From Candidatus Moraniibacteriota bacterium (GTDB lineage Bacteria; Patescibacteriota; Minisyncoccia; Moranbacterales; UBA1568), in the NCBI GenBank assembly GCA_052034935.1, contig JBPOIB010000007.1, positions 134 to 64,133 of the forward strand: a stretch of DNA of 64,000 bases, written 5' to 3'. This document shows, one piece after another, positions 28,069-38,069 of the stretch (positions within the stretch are counted from its first letter, which is position 1; each line of letters starts with the position of its first letter). The notes beneath the pieces were generated by a model. It had not been told where the DNA came from, did not search any database, and saw only the letters and a program-made list of their open reading frames with translations. Position numbers and translations under genes: made by a program.

Positions 28069-29235
28069 CTATCTTGCCATCGAGCGGCTCTGGCCGCTGC
28101 TCTGACCACGGAAAATATTCATGAGCGAACCCTGGTTTGATGTTCTTGCCGAAGGAGCGTTCGTTGTAGACACACTAGTGACAAAGACTCTGTCACCTTC
28201 TTTGAGGCCAGAAATGACTTCCGTGTAAATATCATTTGAAAGTCCGGTAATGATTTCCCGACTTTCTTTGTCCGAAGGAGCATCCTCGCTGCCTCCGGTC
28301 CGACGATTCTCGAGAGAGACAGACACTGTTGTTTTCCCTTCGCTTGTCTTCAGAGCGGCATTCGGAACAAGAAGAACGCCGACCTTCTCATTGACGATGA
28401 TTTCCGCGCTCGCGCTCATTCCCGGCTTCAGTCCTGCCAGCTGTTCAAGGAACTCAATCTCAGCACTATATGAAACAACACTCTGTTCAATCGTACCGAT
28501 CGTCGCGAGCTTTGAGAGCACTCCTGAAATGACTACTCCTGGAAAAGCGTCGAAAGAAAGCTTGGCCGCATTCCCCTCCCTCACTTTCGCCGCATCGACC
28601 TCGTTAAGAGAAACAGCCACCCGGAGCTTTTTCGTAATCACTGACGCAAGAACGCTTGTCTGGGAAATCGTATCTCCGCTATCGACTGTGAGACCGGTAA
28701 CGATACCGTCGAAGGGGGCGCGGATCGTATAATCTGCCAAACGATCACGAGCATCGAGAACAGCGAGCTCACTCGAGGCAACCGAAGCTGCCGCAATCTG
28801 ACGCTCCCTCGTGTCATCTTCCGTCTTTTTCGGGTACAACTCCTCAGTTTGGCGCGCTTTGATTTTCGCCTGACGCAGACTGAGCTCAGCGCGCTCCACA
28901 TCCCGCCATGCATCCTGGTTATCGAGAACTGCAATTACCTGTCCCTTCCTCACTTCCTGATCATTTTTTACTGCGATAAGCGTCACCTCGATCGCATCAC
29001 CGGCAGCAACCGGTTTTAGGTCAACCTGAGATTCTGCTTCCACCTGACCGCTGCCGGACACCGTTATCCGGAGGTCGCCTCGTTCGACGGAAACCGGCTT
29101 CTGGAAAACATCCGAAGCAGTAGATCCGGTTTCGTCGCTCCCCGAAAAAAAGATGTACCCGCCTACCAGGAGCGCTCCGGCAGCAACAAGCACCTTAATC
29201 CGATGATTGACGATCACTTGAAAAATTCTCGGCAT
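28069..29235 (-). CDS. Efflux periplasmic adaptor (HlyD/MacA family)
   Basis: 388 aa; N-terminal TM, coiled-coil hairpin, biotinyl-lipoyl-like and beta-barrel segments. Confidence 0.8.
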   Translation of the reverse strand: MPRIFQVIVNHRIKVLVAAGALLVGGYIFFSGSDETGSTASDVFQKPVSVERGDLRITVSGSGQVEAESQVDLKPVAAGDAIEVTLIAVKNDQEVRKGQVIAVLDNQDAWRDVERAELSLRQAKIKARQTEELYPKKTEDDTRERQIAAASVASSELAVLDARDRLADYTIRAPFDGIVTGLTVDSGDTISQTSVLASVITKKLRVAVSLNEVDAAKVREGNAAKLSFDAFPGVVISGVLSKLATIGTIEQSVVSYSAEIEFLEQLAGLKPGMSASAEIIVNEKVGVLLVPNAALKTSEGKTTVSVSLENRRTGGSEDAPSDKESREIITGLSNDIYTEVISGLKEGDRVFVTSVSTTNAPSARTSNQGSLMNIFRGQSSGQSRSMAR

Positions 29236-29262
29236 AGGAAAAATGCTTTTTACGGCTTACGC

Positions 29263-29853
29263 TTATTTCATATCACTCATCGGCCCCATGCCGGTGTCTT
29301 TCATTACCTGTTCAACCCTCTCCGCATCATCTTTACCTACAGCCCTGATGAAATCTGCCTCGATGGACCCATCTTCTCTCGGTTTTCCGAGAACAATGAT
29401 GCGATCTTCTACTTCGAGGCCGGAAAATTCTATCGGATCGCCCTTCTTCTTTATCCTGGTCTTACCGGTAACCGTGACAGCATGCTCATTACCTTCCGGA
29501 CTTTCAATTGTAATCAACCACTCGGAAAGGCCGATAATTCTTCCAGCTGTTCCATACCCACTCCGCATCGGACCTTTGTCCATGTCGCGAGATATCATTC
29601 CTGGACCGCCCATCGGTCCAGGAAGATTCAAGTAGCGCTTGCCGTAATTATCATCCCAACGTTCAGAAAAATGAGCCTTCCGAATCCCGGCAGAAAAGCC
29701 GAACCCAAAGCTGAGAACGGCCACAAGGAGAACGCCGAAAAGACCAGCAAGAATAACGGACATCCGGCTACCAACAAGTGACTTCTTCTTAGCAGTGAGC
29801 GTTTCTGAATAATGATTGTGCGAAGCAGTGGCAAGTGGTTCTTTCGTTTCCAT
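29263..29853 (-). CDS. Hypothetical membrane-anchored periplasmic protein
   Basis: 196 aa with a single TM helix; operon position downstream of the sigma/anti-sigma pair. Confidence 0.4.
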   Translation of the reverse strand: METKEPLATASHNHYSETLTAKKKSLVGSRMSVILAGLFGVLLVAVLSFGFGFSAGIRKAHFSERWDDNYGKRYLNLPGPMGGPGMISRDMDKGPMRSGYGTAGRIIGLSEWLITIESPEGNEHAVTVTGKTRIKKKGDPIEFSGLEVEDRIIVLGKPREDGSIEADFIRAVGKDDAERVEQVMKDTGMGPMSDMK

Positions 29854-29873
29854 AGTTCTTCGGTAGAAAATGA

Positions 29874-30293
29874 TTAAGCAGCACTCAGCCCACGCGCTTC
29901 ATGAAAAGCGACTATCGAAGCGTAGCGGGAGCGGAATGCAAGCGAGAGGAAATGAAGGAAGAGCGGAGCGATAAGAAGCGCGATGGGAGTCACGGGGAAG
30001 GTCTCGGCGAGAGAATAGAGAAATACTTCAGAATACGCCCTAACGAAGGAGAGGTCGGAAAAAACCAGGGTGACAATCTGTGAGAATTCCGAAGCGATCA
30101 GACTGTCTCCGAGTGTCACGAGATACCAGACGAAGCAACAGAAAGAAAAAAGAGCACTCCAAGTAGCCAGTCCCGCCCGGGCTCGGGCACTTTTCAGGCG
30201 CTCTTCCTCGATCGCGTTTCCGATACGCGATACCAGCCCATTCGGAACGGACGGATTTGTTTCGTTAAAAAGCGCCTGGAGCGTCATCGACAT
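29874..30293 (-). CDS. Putative anti-sigma factor (membrane protein downstream of the ECF sigma)
   Basis: 139 aa, TM helices; immediately 3' of the ECF sigma gene (21-nt gap). Confidence 0.4.
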   Translation of the reverse strand: MSMTLQALFNETNPSVPNGLVSRIGNAIEEERLKSARARAGLATWSALFSFCCFVWYLVTLGDSLIASEFSQIVTLVFSDLSFVRAYSEVFLYSLAETFPVTPIALLIAPLFLHFLSLAFRSRYASIVAFHEARGLSAA

Positions 30294-30314
30294 ATAGGTA
30301 GCATGTACTGTTTA

Positions 30315-30917
30315 TTACGAGAATTCACCTATTTTAGGCGCAAGACCGCCAGCTAAAAGACTTTTCAGCTGTCGAATTGCCCTTTGATGCCGGCTTTTGA
30401 CTGTATTATATGACTCCCCAGAGATCTCGGCTGCCTCATGAAGACTGAATCCTTCCTGGTATATCAGAACGATAAGAGATCGGTGTTTTTCAGGGAGCTC
30501 AGCGAGCACTCGGTCAAGCTCATGGGCAGACTCCTCTCGAAAAAAAAGCTCGTCCGGAAGGAGTCCATCATCTGGTTCATCGGCAAACGGTTCCTCTTTA
30601 CCATCGCTCGCAAATGCAGAGAACGGCAACGATTTCTTTTTCTTCAGCCAATCATAGGCTGCATTCTTGGCAATCGCGAAAAGCCAGGTACGGAAAGGTT
30701 TCGCCGTATCAAAGCGAGCGAGATGTTTCCAGACTTTGATGAAAGTTTCCTGAACAAGATCCTCCGCGACTGCCCGGTCCTGCACCATCCGGTAGAGAAA
30801 GGCATAAACGCTTCCGGTATGCTTTTCCAGCAACATTTGAAACGCGACATCATTCCCTAATCGAAAATCTTCGATAAGCGCGCCATCGTCATACTGCTGT
30901 TCTGGGAGTGGTTCCAT
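30315..30917 (-). CDS. ECF (sigma-70 family group IV) RNA polymerase sigma factor
   Basis: Region 2 VQETFIKVW; region 4 HTH LHEAAEISGESYNTVKSR. Confidence 0.85.
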   Translation of the reverse strand: MEPLPEQQYDDGALIEDFRLGNDVAFQMLLEKHTGSVYAFLYRMVQDRAVAEDLVQETFIKVWKHLARFDTAKPFRTWLFAIAKNAAYDWLKKKKSLPFSAFASDGKEEPFADEPDDGLLPDELFFREESAHELDRVLAELPEKHRSLIVLIYQEGFSLHEAAEISGESYNTVKSRHQRAIRQLKSLLAGGLAPKIGEFS

Positions 30918-31202
30918 TTAGTCTTCGCTTGGGAGGTCGTCCGTCGAGAGCGAAGACAACAGCCGGTCGATATCAGCGATCGTCTTGTCAGCTGTTTCTA
31001 CGGCAGCTGAAGCCTCGGCCTTCTTCTGATCCTCTGTCTCTTTTGCTGAAATAACTTCCCGATTGTCCGTAAAACCAGCTCTCTCCCGGAGCGCCAGTCG
31101 CTGCTGTTCATCCTGAGTAATCCAAAAGATGATACCGAGCGATGCAGCGAAAAGAAGCAGTGAGCTTGTAATTCCGGCGATGCGGATAATTTTCTTGAAC
31201 AT
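30918..31202 (-). CDS. Hypothetical small membrane protein
   Basis: 94 aa; N-terminal TM; acidic C-terminus. Confidence 0.4.
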   Translation of the reverse strand: MFKKIIRIAGITSSLLLFAASLGIIFWITQDEQQRLALRERAGFTDNREVISAKETEDQKKAEASAAVETADKTIADIDRLLSSLSTDDLPSED

Positions 31203-31205
31203 ACG

Positions 31206-31910
31206 CTATTTGATCTGGTCCCGAGCGACCCGAATAGGGACGAGAATGTTCACCCGATAGTGCTCAATCAGCGCATCTCTTGCGGTCAGTACCACTCTTC
31301 GAGCGTCACCCCGGACAGCCGTTCTCGTTGACTGATCGTCTTTCATTGTTCCGATATACGTTGCTCGATACGTGTCATAAGCTGAAAGGAGGATTCCAGC
31401 TCTTTTCTCAAGCTCTGGGAACTGAGCTTCAATAGAGGTCGTATCAACCCCTCGCGACCGGAGAAAAGCTAGCATGCTCTCTGTTCGCTTTCCAAGCTCT
31501 GAGATATCAGCTTCTTTTTTTGACCGGATCCGGCCGATAAGGTCATCATTCCGAGCAGAATTCTGCGGCAGCATCAAAGTCCGGCCAGGAGTGGTAGGGG
31601 CAACCGGGGTTGATGCTGTAGCTGGGGCACTTTTCACTCCGGTGAATTCTGGATCGTTCTTAATCTCTTCGATCCGCTTCGCACATTCTTTCTCCGACAA
31701 CCCTGCTCGTTTCATACAACTCTCCACATTGAGATTGTTCTTCACAAGCGACTTACACATCCCCTCACCGAGTCCCGTCTGCTTTTTGCATTCATCCAAA
31801 ACGACCCGGTAAGTACCTGCCGAAACCGGAACCGACAAAAAGAACCCGGCCGATATCAGGACAACAGTCGCATATCCAATCCTTTTTATCGTCGGAGCAG
31901 AGCAAGACAT
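31206..31910 (-). CDS. Hypothetical secreted protein (signal anchor, six Cys in first 80 aa)
   Basis: 234 aa. Confidence 0.4.
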   Translation of the reverse strand: MSCSAPTIKRIGYATVVLISAGFFLSVPVSAGTYRVVLDECKKQTGLGEGMCKSLVKNNLNVESCMKRAGLSEKECAKRIEEIKNDPEFTGVKSAPATASTPVAPTTPGRTLMLPQNSARNDDLIGRIRSKKEADISELGKRTESMLAFLRSRGVDTTSIEAQFPELEKRAGILLSAYDTYRATYIGTMKDDQSTRTAVRGDARRVVLTARDALIEHYRVNILVPIRVARDQIK

Positions 31911-31983
31911 AACAAAAATAGGGTTCCCTCTCTAGTATAGACTACTTCCGAATCCATCAAATGGACGCATTTTTCTGCAGAAC

Positions 31984-32397
31984 TCAGTCGCGAAGCTGTT
32001 TTTCCATCCACTGCTGGAGTATAATCCGCGCCGCTTCCGCATCATCCTTTTTTCCGACACCCTTCTCCCCTCGGCTAATAAGCGCTTGTTGGGCAAGCTT
32101 CGTCGTGAACATCTCATCCTGGTAGGCGATAGCAACGCCAGTTTTCACGATCAGCTGCCGGCCGAGTTTCTCGCCAGGATACTCCACTCGTTCGCGATTG
32201 ACATGTGATGGGATACCGATGACGACCGTTCCGACGTTTTCTGCCTCGATCAAGATGGCTAGCCGATCAATTAATCCTTCGTCATTGCGCTCAGTCATAA
32301 ACGGGATCGCCACTCCCGTTTCCGCATGTGCCAGGGCAACACCGACATCCTGACTCCCCCAATCAATCCCGAGAAAATTTTCACCCACCTCGCTCAT
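31984..32397 (-). CDS. ruvX: Holliday junction resolvase-like protein RuvX/YqgF
   Basis: GIDWGSQDVGVALA motif (RNase H-like YqgF). Confidence 0.85.
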   Translation of the reverse strand: MSEVGENFLGIDWGSQDVGVALAHAETGVAIPFMTERNDEGLIDRLAILIEAENVGTVVIGIPSHVNRERVEYPGEKLGRQLIVKTGVAIAYQDEMFTTKLAQQALISRGEKGVGKKDDAEAARIILQQWMEKQLRD

Positions 32398-33170
32398 ACC
32401 CGGGTCAGTATCTCCGATCCCTCCGGCGTAATGAGCACCGTATCTTCAGCATGCCCAGAAAGCGCTCCGTCAGCCGTCACGAATGTCCACCCGTCAGAGG
32501 CGAGACGAACCTGGAAGGTACCGGCATTAACCATTGGCTCGAGTGCCACCGTCATTCCGGCCTTAAACCGGGCATTGGTAAGACCGGAGCCGACATAATT
32601 CGGGATTTGCAACTCTTCATGGAGCTCATGACCGACGCCATGACCGACCAGATCGCGGACACAGGAAAAGCCAGCCGCCTTCGCCACCGCCTCGACCGCT
32701 CGGGCATATTCGTCAATAGTGGACCCGTCATGAAGAGTCGCGATTCCCGCTTCAAGCGCCGCTTCTGTCACTATCTTTATTCTCTTCACCGGAGCCGACC
32801 CGGTACCAATCACTTTCATGCGCGCCATATCGGAAACCATGCCCCGATAACGCATACCAATATCGATTTTGAGCAAATCCCCATCAGCAAGAATACGGTC
32901 TTTTTTAGGGATACCGTGCACCACCTCTTCATTGATCGAGAGGCAGACAGCTGCCGGAAACGGCGGAGCGCCCCAGGCCTCGCCGTAGCCCTTGAAAATC
33001 GGATCTCCACCCGCTTTACGGATCTGCCTTTCCGCCAGATCGCCAAGCTCTCCAGTGGAAATACCGGCAACCGCTTTCTCGAGAAGCTCTCCAATGACAG
33101 CGGCTAAGCGGTGCCCCGATTCTCGAAGTGCTTCGATTTCCTGCATGGTTTTAATACGGTCTTTCGGCAT
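32394..33170 (-). CDS. map: Type I methionine aminopeptidase
   Basis: 258 aa; metal ligands D, D, H, E, E conserved; HGIP motif. Confidence 0.9.
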   Translation of the reverse strand: MPKDRIKTMQEIEALRESGHRLAAVIGELLEKAVAGISTGELGDLAERQIRKAGGDPIFKGYGEAWGAPPFPAAVCLSINEEVVHGIPKKDRILADGDLLKIDIGMRYRGMVSDMARMKVIGTGSAPVKRIKIVTEAALEAGIATLHDGSTIDEYARAVEAVAKAAGFSCVRDLVGHGVGHELHEELQIPNYVGSGLTNARFKAGMTVALEPMVNAGTFQVRLASDGWTFVTADGALSGHAEDTVLITPEGSEILTRV

Positions 33171-33172
33171 AA

Positions 33173-33835
33173 CTAGTCTGGTCGAACATGTTCAAGGATA
33201 TACTTAAAGACTTTATAGGTTTCCTGATTCCCATCAACGTGAAGCAATTGATCGGTCGACTCAAAGTATTTCACCACAGGCAACGTCTCCTGGTGGAAGA
33301 TCTGATGGCGTTTTCGCACTCCCTCTTCAGTATCATCCGCGCGCTGCGCAATATGTCCGCCGCAGTACCGGCAGGGCTTTTCGCTATCAATCAAGTTTTT
33401 TCCGAGAATATAGGACCGTTTACAGCCATCACAAGCGTAGCGCTTTGAAATACGCTCAACTGAGACCGCTTCCGGCACATCGATAAAGATAACGCTGTTC
33501 AGCATCCGGCCTGATTCTGTCAGAACATCGAGCACCTTCTGGATCTGGCTCTCGCGGCGCGGAATACCATCAATAAGGAGTCCGACCGTACTCGGAACGG
33601 AATGAACCGCATCGACAAGTACTGAGAAAACAATATCATCCGGGGCGAACTCATGCTTCACGTTGATGAAGTCATTCACTTGACGGCCAAGCGGAGTGTC
33701 ATGAGCGGCCACGGCGCGAAGTTCAGCCCCGATATCGATATGAGCGAGATGAAGCGAGCTTTTCAGAAGCTCAGCCTGAGTGCTTTTACCGCTCCCGGCG
33801 GACCCGAGCAGTATGTACGTATCCCGATGAGGCAT
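33173..33835 (-). CDS. adk: Adenylate kinase with zinc-binding LID (CxxC...CxxC)
   Basis: P-loop GSAGSGKST; LID CDGC...CRYC. Confidence 0.9.
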   Translation of the reverse strand: MPHRDTYILLGSAGSGKSTQAELLKSSLHLAHIDIGAELRAVAAHDTPLGRQVNDFINVKHEFAPDDIVFSVLVDAVHSVPSTVGLLIDGIPRRESQIQKVLDVLTESGRMLNSVIFIDVPEAVSVERISKRYACDGCKRSYILGKNLIDSEKPCRYCGGHIAQRADDTEEGVRKRHQIFHQETLPVVKYFESTDQLLHVDGNQETYKVFKYILEHVRPD

Positions 33836-33886
33836 AGAGAATTGACTTGATGTAAAATAATTACTCTGAAAAAAAAAGGGGGGGAT

Positions 33887-35158
33887 TTAGAGCCCCTCGT
33901 AGCTGCGCATCATGAGCTGACTCTGGATATGCTTCACGAGCTCGAGTACGACGGAAACGACGATAAGAATGCTGACACCGCCGATCGAAAGCGCTTGGAT
34001 GCCAGTCATTCCTTGGACAGCGATCGGAAGCACGGCGATCACACCGAGAAAAAGGGCTCCCGTGAAGGTAATCCTCGTGATGATGTGATGGAGATATTCG
34101 GCAGTCGACATTCCCGGGCGGATACCAGGGACATAGCCGCCCTGCTTCTGAAGATTTTCCGAAATCTTCACCGGATCGAAAACGACGGCGGTATAGAAGT
34201 AGGTGAAAAGAACGACGAGTGTGAAGTAGGAAATACCGTACACCCATTGGTTCTGGAGGAAGGTCGAGACTGAGACGGCCATCGCGGCGATATCCGCATT
34301 CGCCGAGGCGACGAAGTAATTCGCAATCATGGTCGGAATGAGAATGAGCGAAACAGCGAAAATGATTGGGATGACACCGGCCTGATTCACGCGAAGCGGC
34401 AGGTGAGTAGCAGAACCGCCGTAGACACTCGAACCTCGCGTCCGCTTGGCATAGGCAATCGGGATTGTCCGTTGACCCTCATTGATAAAAATGACCCCGG
34501 CAATGGTGATGAGGCCGAGCACCAAGAATATGAGATAGGTGAAGAATTGGGATGAATCCCAGGTAGAGAAGAGACGAGAAACCCCGGTCGGAAGCGCTGC
34601 TACGATACCAGCGAAGATGAGCATCGAGACACCGTTGCCGAGCCCCTTTTCCGTGATGAGCTCACCGAGCCACATGAGAAATACCGTACCGGCCGTCGCC
34701 GAGAGAATGATAACCACAATCGTGAACGACGAGATATCACCGAGAATGTTCTGCGAACGGAGCAGCGAAATCATACTGAACGACTGGAGTAAGGCGAGTG
34801 GCACGGTCAGCCAGCGCGTCCACATATTGAACTTCTGCCGGCCCTGTTCCCCCTCTTCCTTGTACATCTTTTCGAGCTTCGGAAATATCGTCTGCATGAG
34901 CTGCATGATAATCGAAGCCGTGATGTACGGCGCAACGCCCAGAAGCACGACCGAGATGTTCGACAAGCCGCCGCCCGAGAAGATATTCAGAAGCCCGAGA
35001 AGCGCATTGTCCTCGAAGAGCCGCTTCAGCTCGAAGACATCGACGCCGGGAAGCGGAATATTCGCCACGAGACGATAAATGACAAGCAGACCAATGATAA
35101 ACAAGATCTTTTTGCGAAGATCCGGCGTCCGGAGGATTTGGGAAAAAATTTCAGTCAT
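33887..35158 (-). CDS. secY: Preprotein translocase subunit SecY
   Basis: 10 TM helices, SecY signature. The track ORF starts at 35200; start MTEIFSQIL at 35158 preferred. Confidence 0.9.
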   Translation of the reverse strand: MTEIFSQILRTPDLRKKILFIIGLLVIYRLVANIPLPGVDVFELKRLFEDNALLGLLNIFSGGGLSNISVVLLGVAPYITASIIMQLMQTIFPKLEKMYKEEGEQGRQKFNMWTRWLTVPLALLQSFSMISLLRSQNILGDISSFTIVVIILSATAGTVFLMWLGELITEKGLGNGVSMLIFAGIVAALPTGVSRLFSTWDSSQFFTYLIFLVLGLITIAGVIFINEGQRTIPIAYAKRTRGSSVYGGSATHLPLRVNQAGVIPIIFAVSLILIPTMIANYFVASANADIAAMAVSVSTFLQNQWVYGISYFTLVVLFTYFYTAVVFDPVKISENLQKQGGYVPGIRPGMSTAEYLHHIITRITFTGALFLGVIAVLPIAVQGMTGIQALSIGGVSILIVVSVVLELVKHIQSQLMMRSYEGL

Positions 35159-35284
35159 AAAGCAAGTTCTTAACCTTCGTTTACTGGGACACGAAAACAA
35201 GCTTCCGCCTCACCAGCCTCAATTGGTGATAAAGTCAAAAACATCCTTATTTTAGGCCAAAATGACCGAATTGGCAATTCTCAT

Positions 35285-35326
35285 AAAGAAAAGAAAGCGC
35301 CGAGCACCCTATTGGGACACTCGGCA
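35285..35326 (-). terminator. Intrinsic terminator after the inserted lipoprotein gene, upstream of secY
   Basis: Minus-strand GCCGAGTG-loop-CTCGGC followed by GCTTTCTTTTCTTT. Confidence 0.5.
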
Positions 35327-35345
35327 AATTCACACTCGTTGTCGG

Positions 35346-35927
35346 CTAACGTTGCACACACACCGGAGAAACAGCTGGTCCCCACTCGGGAGGACGAATC
35401 GAACCGTCCTCACCACAGTCAATGAACTGCTTGGTTCCTGGGTGATACATCACCCACCGTTCTGCCCACCAATTCATTTGGTATGCCCGCAACGAAGCAT
35501 AGATCAGAAGCCACCCTGCCTTGTACTCTCGAATTTCCAGGACCGGCGCTAGATAGTCTTGCCCAGCAATTCGAGCTGATATCTGCTGAAGCTCTGGTAC
35601 GAGTATTCCTCCTACCGAGACTTTAGAGATCGGCGTCAACCGATAGCGGAACCGTAGTGTGAGCACGACTGGGACACCAGCCGAAGTGACCCCTCGGAAC
35701 TCAATGTCGCTCGGATCAGCCATAGATTGTGGTTCGGGGCCCACTGGTTCGCCAACATAAGGAAGGATGCGCCGACTTTCACTTTCATTCAAGAAAGCAG
35801 CCCTGACTTCGGCTGCCGTAGAAAATGGCATCGCCGGAATATCATCTCCCCCGCCACCACAGGCAGCAAGCATGGCGATGAAAATGAGGGTAGCGAAGAG
35901 CCAAGCAGTACGGCAACGATTGGTCAT
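35346..35927 (-). CDS. Hypothetical lipoprotein (lipobox LAAC) inserted between rplO and secY
   Basis: MTNRCRTAWLFATLIFIAMLAAC lipoprotein signal; GC-rich; own terminators on both sides. Confidence 0.6.
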   Translation of the reverse strand: MTNRCRTAWLFATLIFIAMLAACGGGGDDIPAMPFSTAAEVRAAFLNESESRRILPYVGEPVGPEPQSMADPSDIEFRGVTSAGVPVVLTLRFRYRLTPISKVSVGGILVPELQQISARIAGQDYLAPVLEIREYKAGWLLIYASLRAYQMNWWAERWVMYHPGTKQFIDCGEDGSIRPPEWGPAVSPVCVQR

Positions 35928-36046
35928 GATCTCTCTCCTTGAGAGGTTGTCGAGGAACGGGGTTGTTTCGTCTCCCCTACGGGAGTGAGTTTACCCCCGT
36001 AAAGTGACTTTACTGTATACCATGGAACACGTTATTTGTACATAAT

Positions 36047-36075
36047 AAAAGAGCCTCTGAGGCAGAGACTCTTTT
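36047..36075. terminator. Bidirectional terminator hairpin after rplO
   Basis: AAAAGAGCCTCTG-AGG-CAGAGACTCTTTT with T/A runs on both sides. Confidence 0.6.
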
Positions 36076-36095
36076 ACCTAGTTTTCTTTAGGAAG

Positions 36096-36530
36096 CTACT
36101 CTTCGATCGTGGAACCGCCCGCCCGAAGGACTTCAGCGGCACCAGTTGTGAGCTCGATGTCCTTACCGATAACGAGCTTCTTCGTGAGTTTACCTGTATT
36201 GACGATTTTCACACCCGCTCGACGGACGACTTTGCCGAAAATTTTCTTTTCGACGAACGCATCGCGCGTCACTTTTTCACCTTCTTTGAAATGCTTCTCA
36301 AGACGGTCGAGCGTCACGGTGAAAAGCTTCTGATAGACTGATTTGAAGCCACGGAGTTTCTTCATGCGCTCGACAAGACTGGAGCGTCCACCTTCGAAGA
36401 GCGGGTCCTTTTTCTTACCGTGAGCACCCTGTCCCTTCGTTCCGCGGCCGGAAGTCGTACCACGCTTGCCACCACGACCGATGCGCTGAACCTTCTTCCG
36501 AGGAGCAAGTTGTAATTCGTGAATCTGCAT
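36096..36530 (-). CDS. rplO: 50S ribosomal protein L15
   Basis: Gly/Arg-rich N-terminus RIGRGGKRGTTSGRGTKGQ. Confidence 0.9.
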   Translation of the reverse strand: MQIHELQLAPRKKVQRIGRGGKRGTTSGRGTKGQGAHGKKKDPLFEGGRSSLVERMKKLRGFKSVYQKLFTVTLDRLEKHFKEGEKVTRDAFVEKKIFGKVVRRAGVKIVNTGKLTKKLVIGKDIELTTGAAEVLRAGGSTIEE

Positions 36531-36539
36531 AGGAATTTC

Positions 36540-37133
36540 TTAGGCGGTAACTTCCGCTTTGCTGTCAGCAACCTTGGTTTCGGCTACTTTTTCCGGAACC
36601 GCTTCGACGGCTACCGCTTCTTCGGGCCGAGTCCGGAGGCGCTGGAGGGCGAGGAGAGTCGCTTGAGCGACGTTCAGGTTATTCGAGCTGCCGAGGGACT
36701 TCGCGATAATGTCTTTGGCACCGAGGAGATCCATGACCGCCCGGACCGCACCACCAGCGATGAGTCCTCGACCAGCCGCAGCCGGTTTGAGAAGCACCTT
36801 GGCACTGCCATACTTCGCCGTCACATCATGAGCAATCGAGCTCCCGGTGAGCTCTACGCTGATCATGTTCTTCTTGGCTGCTTGGAAAGCCTTCTGGATG
36901 GCATCGGAGACATCCGATCCCTTGGCGACGCCCACACCGACCTTGCCCTTGCGATTGCCGATAACCAAGGTCGCACGGAAACGGAAACGTCGTCCGCCTT
37001 TCACGACACGGGTAACACGCGCCAGATTGAGCATCTTCTGGTCGTATTCCGGCCGTTCGCGGCGCGGACCTCGCGATCCACCGCGGCGCGGCCGTCCACC
37101 CTTCCCTGCTGATTGATTATTGTTGGTCGCCAT
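36540..37133 (-). CDS. rpsE: 30S ribosomal protein S5 (no rpmD/L30 gene follows it)
   Basis: S5 dsRBD and C-terminal domain; only a 10-nt gap to rplO. Confidence 0.9.
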   Translation of the reverse strand: MATNNNQSAGKGGRPRRGGSRGPRRERPEYDQKMLNLARVTRVVKGGRRFRFRATLVIGNRKGKVGVGVAKGSDVSDAIQKAFQAAKKNMISVELTGSSIAHDVTAKYGSAKVLLKPAAAGRGLIAGGAVRAVMDLLGAKDIIAKSLGSSNNLNVAQATLLALQRLRTRPEEAVAVEAVPEKVAETKVADSKAEVTA

Positions 37134-37156
37134 AAAGCTTTACGTATTCAAAATAC

Positions 37157-37513
37157 TTACATCTCGACACCCGTACCGCGCACCGCTTCGGCCACCGCCT
37201 TCACCTTGCCGTGATACAGATAGCCAGCACGATCAAAGACTGCCTTTTTTGCGCCGAGCTTCATCAGACGGTCTCCGAGAAGTTTACCGACTGCAGAGGC
37301 CTCAACGACGGTGTTCTTGGACTTTTTGCCGAGCTCCTGGTAATTGGCCTGGGCAATTGTCTTTCCAGCGAAATCGTTTACCGCCTGGACCGAAACGCCC
37401 TGAAGACTCCGGAACACGACAATCCGCGGACATTCAGCGGTACCGGCAATCTTCGATCGGACACGGATGTGCCGACGGGTACGCTTCAGCTTGGTTGGAT
37501 GGGTCTTTTTCAT
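37157..37513 (-). CDS. rplR: 50S ribosomal protein L18
   Basis: 118 aa L18 signature. Confidence 0.9.
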   Translation of the reverse strand: MKKTHPTKLKRTRRHIRVRSKIAGTAECPRIVVFRSLQGVSVQAVNDFAGKTIAQANYQELGKKSKNTVVEASAVGKLLGDRLMKLGAKKAVFDRAGYLYHGKVKAVAEAVRGTGVEM

Positions 37514-37522
37514 AGCGTTTGA

Positions 37523-38059
37523 TTAGGCGGAGGCCTTCTTACCTTCCTTGCGACGGACTTGTTCACCGACATAGCGGAATCCCTTGCCCTTGTATGGCTC
37601 AACCGGCTTCAGCTTCTTGATAACCGCTGCGAACTGTCCAACTTTCTGCTTGTCCATTCCGGAAAGGGTGAGGACATTGTTTTCGATTTTCGCCTCGATT
37701 CCTTCAGGGATTTCCATCACGACCGGGTGGGAAAAACCAAGCGCGAGGTTGAGCTTCTTGCCAGCGACGGCCATTCGGAAACCGACACCGTTCAGTTCGA
37801 GTTGGCGAGAAAATCCGGTCGTCACACCCTCGAAGAGATTCTTCACGAGTTTTGCAACCGTCCCCCACATGGCGAGTGCCTGAAGCGAACTCCCCTTCTT
37901 TTCGACAAGAATCTGCCCATCAACAATCGTAATCGCGACATCGAGCGTGTGCGTCAGAGTAAGCGTCCCCTTCGGACCTTTCACCGTCAAGACATTCGCG
38001 TGAAGCGATGCCTCACACTTATCCGGGATCTGAAATGGCTTTTTTCCAATTCTACTCAT
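37523..38059 (-). CDS. rplF: 50S ribosomal protein L6
   Basis: 178 aa, two L6 repeats. Confidence 0.9.
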   Translation of the reverse strand: MSRIGKKPFQIPDKCEASLHANVLTVKGPKGTLTLTHTLDVAITIVDGQILVEKKGSSLQALAMWGTVAKLVKNLFEGVTTGFSRQLELNGVGFRMAVAGKKLNLALGFSHPVVMEIPEGIEAKIENNVLTLSGMDKQKVGQFAAVIKKLKPVEPYKGKGFRYVGEQVRRKEGKKASA

Positions 38060-38069
38060 AGTCGTGTAT

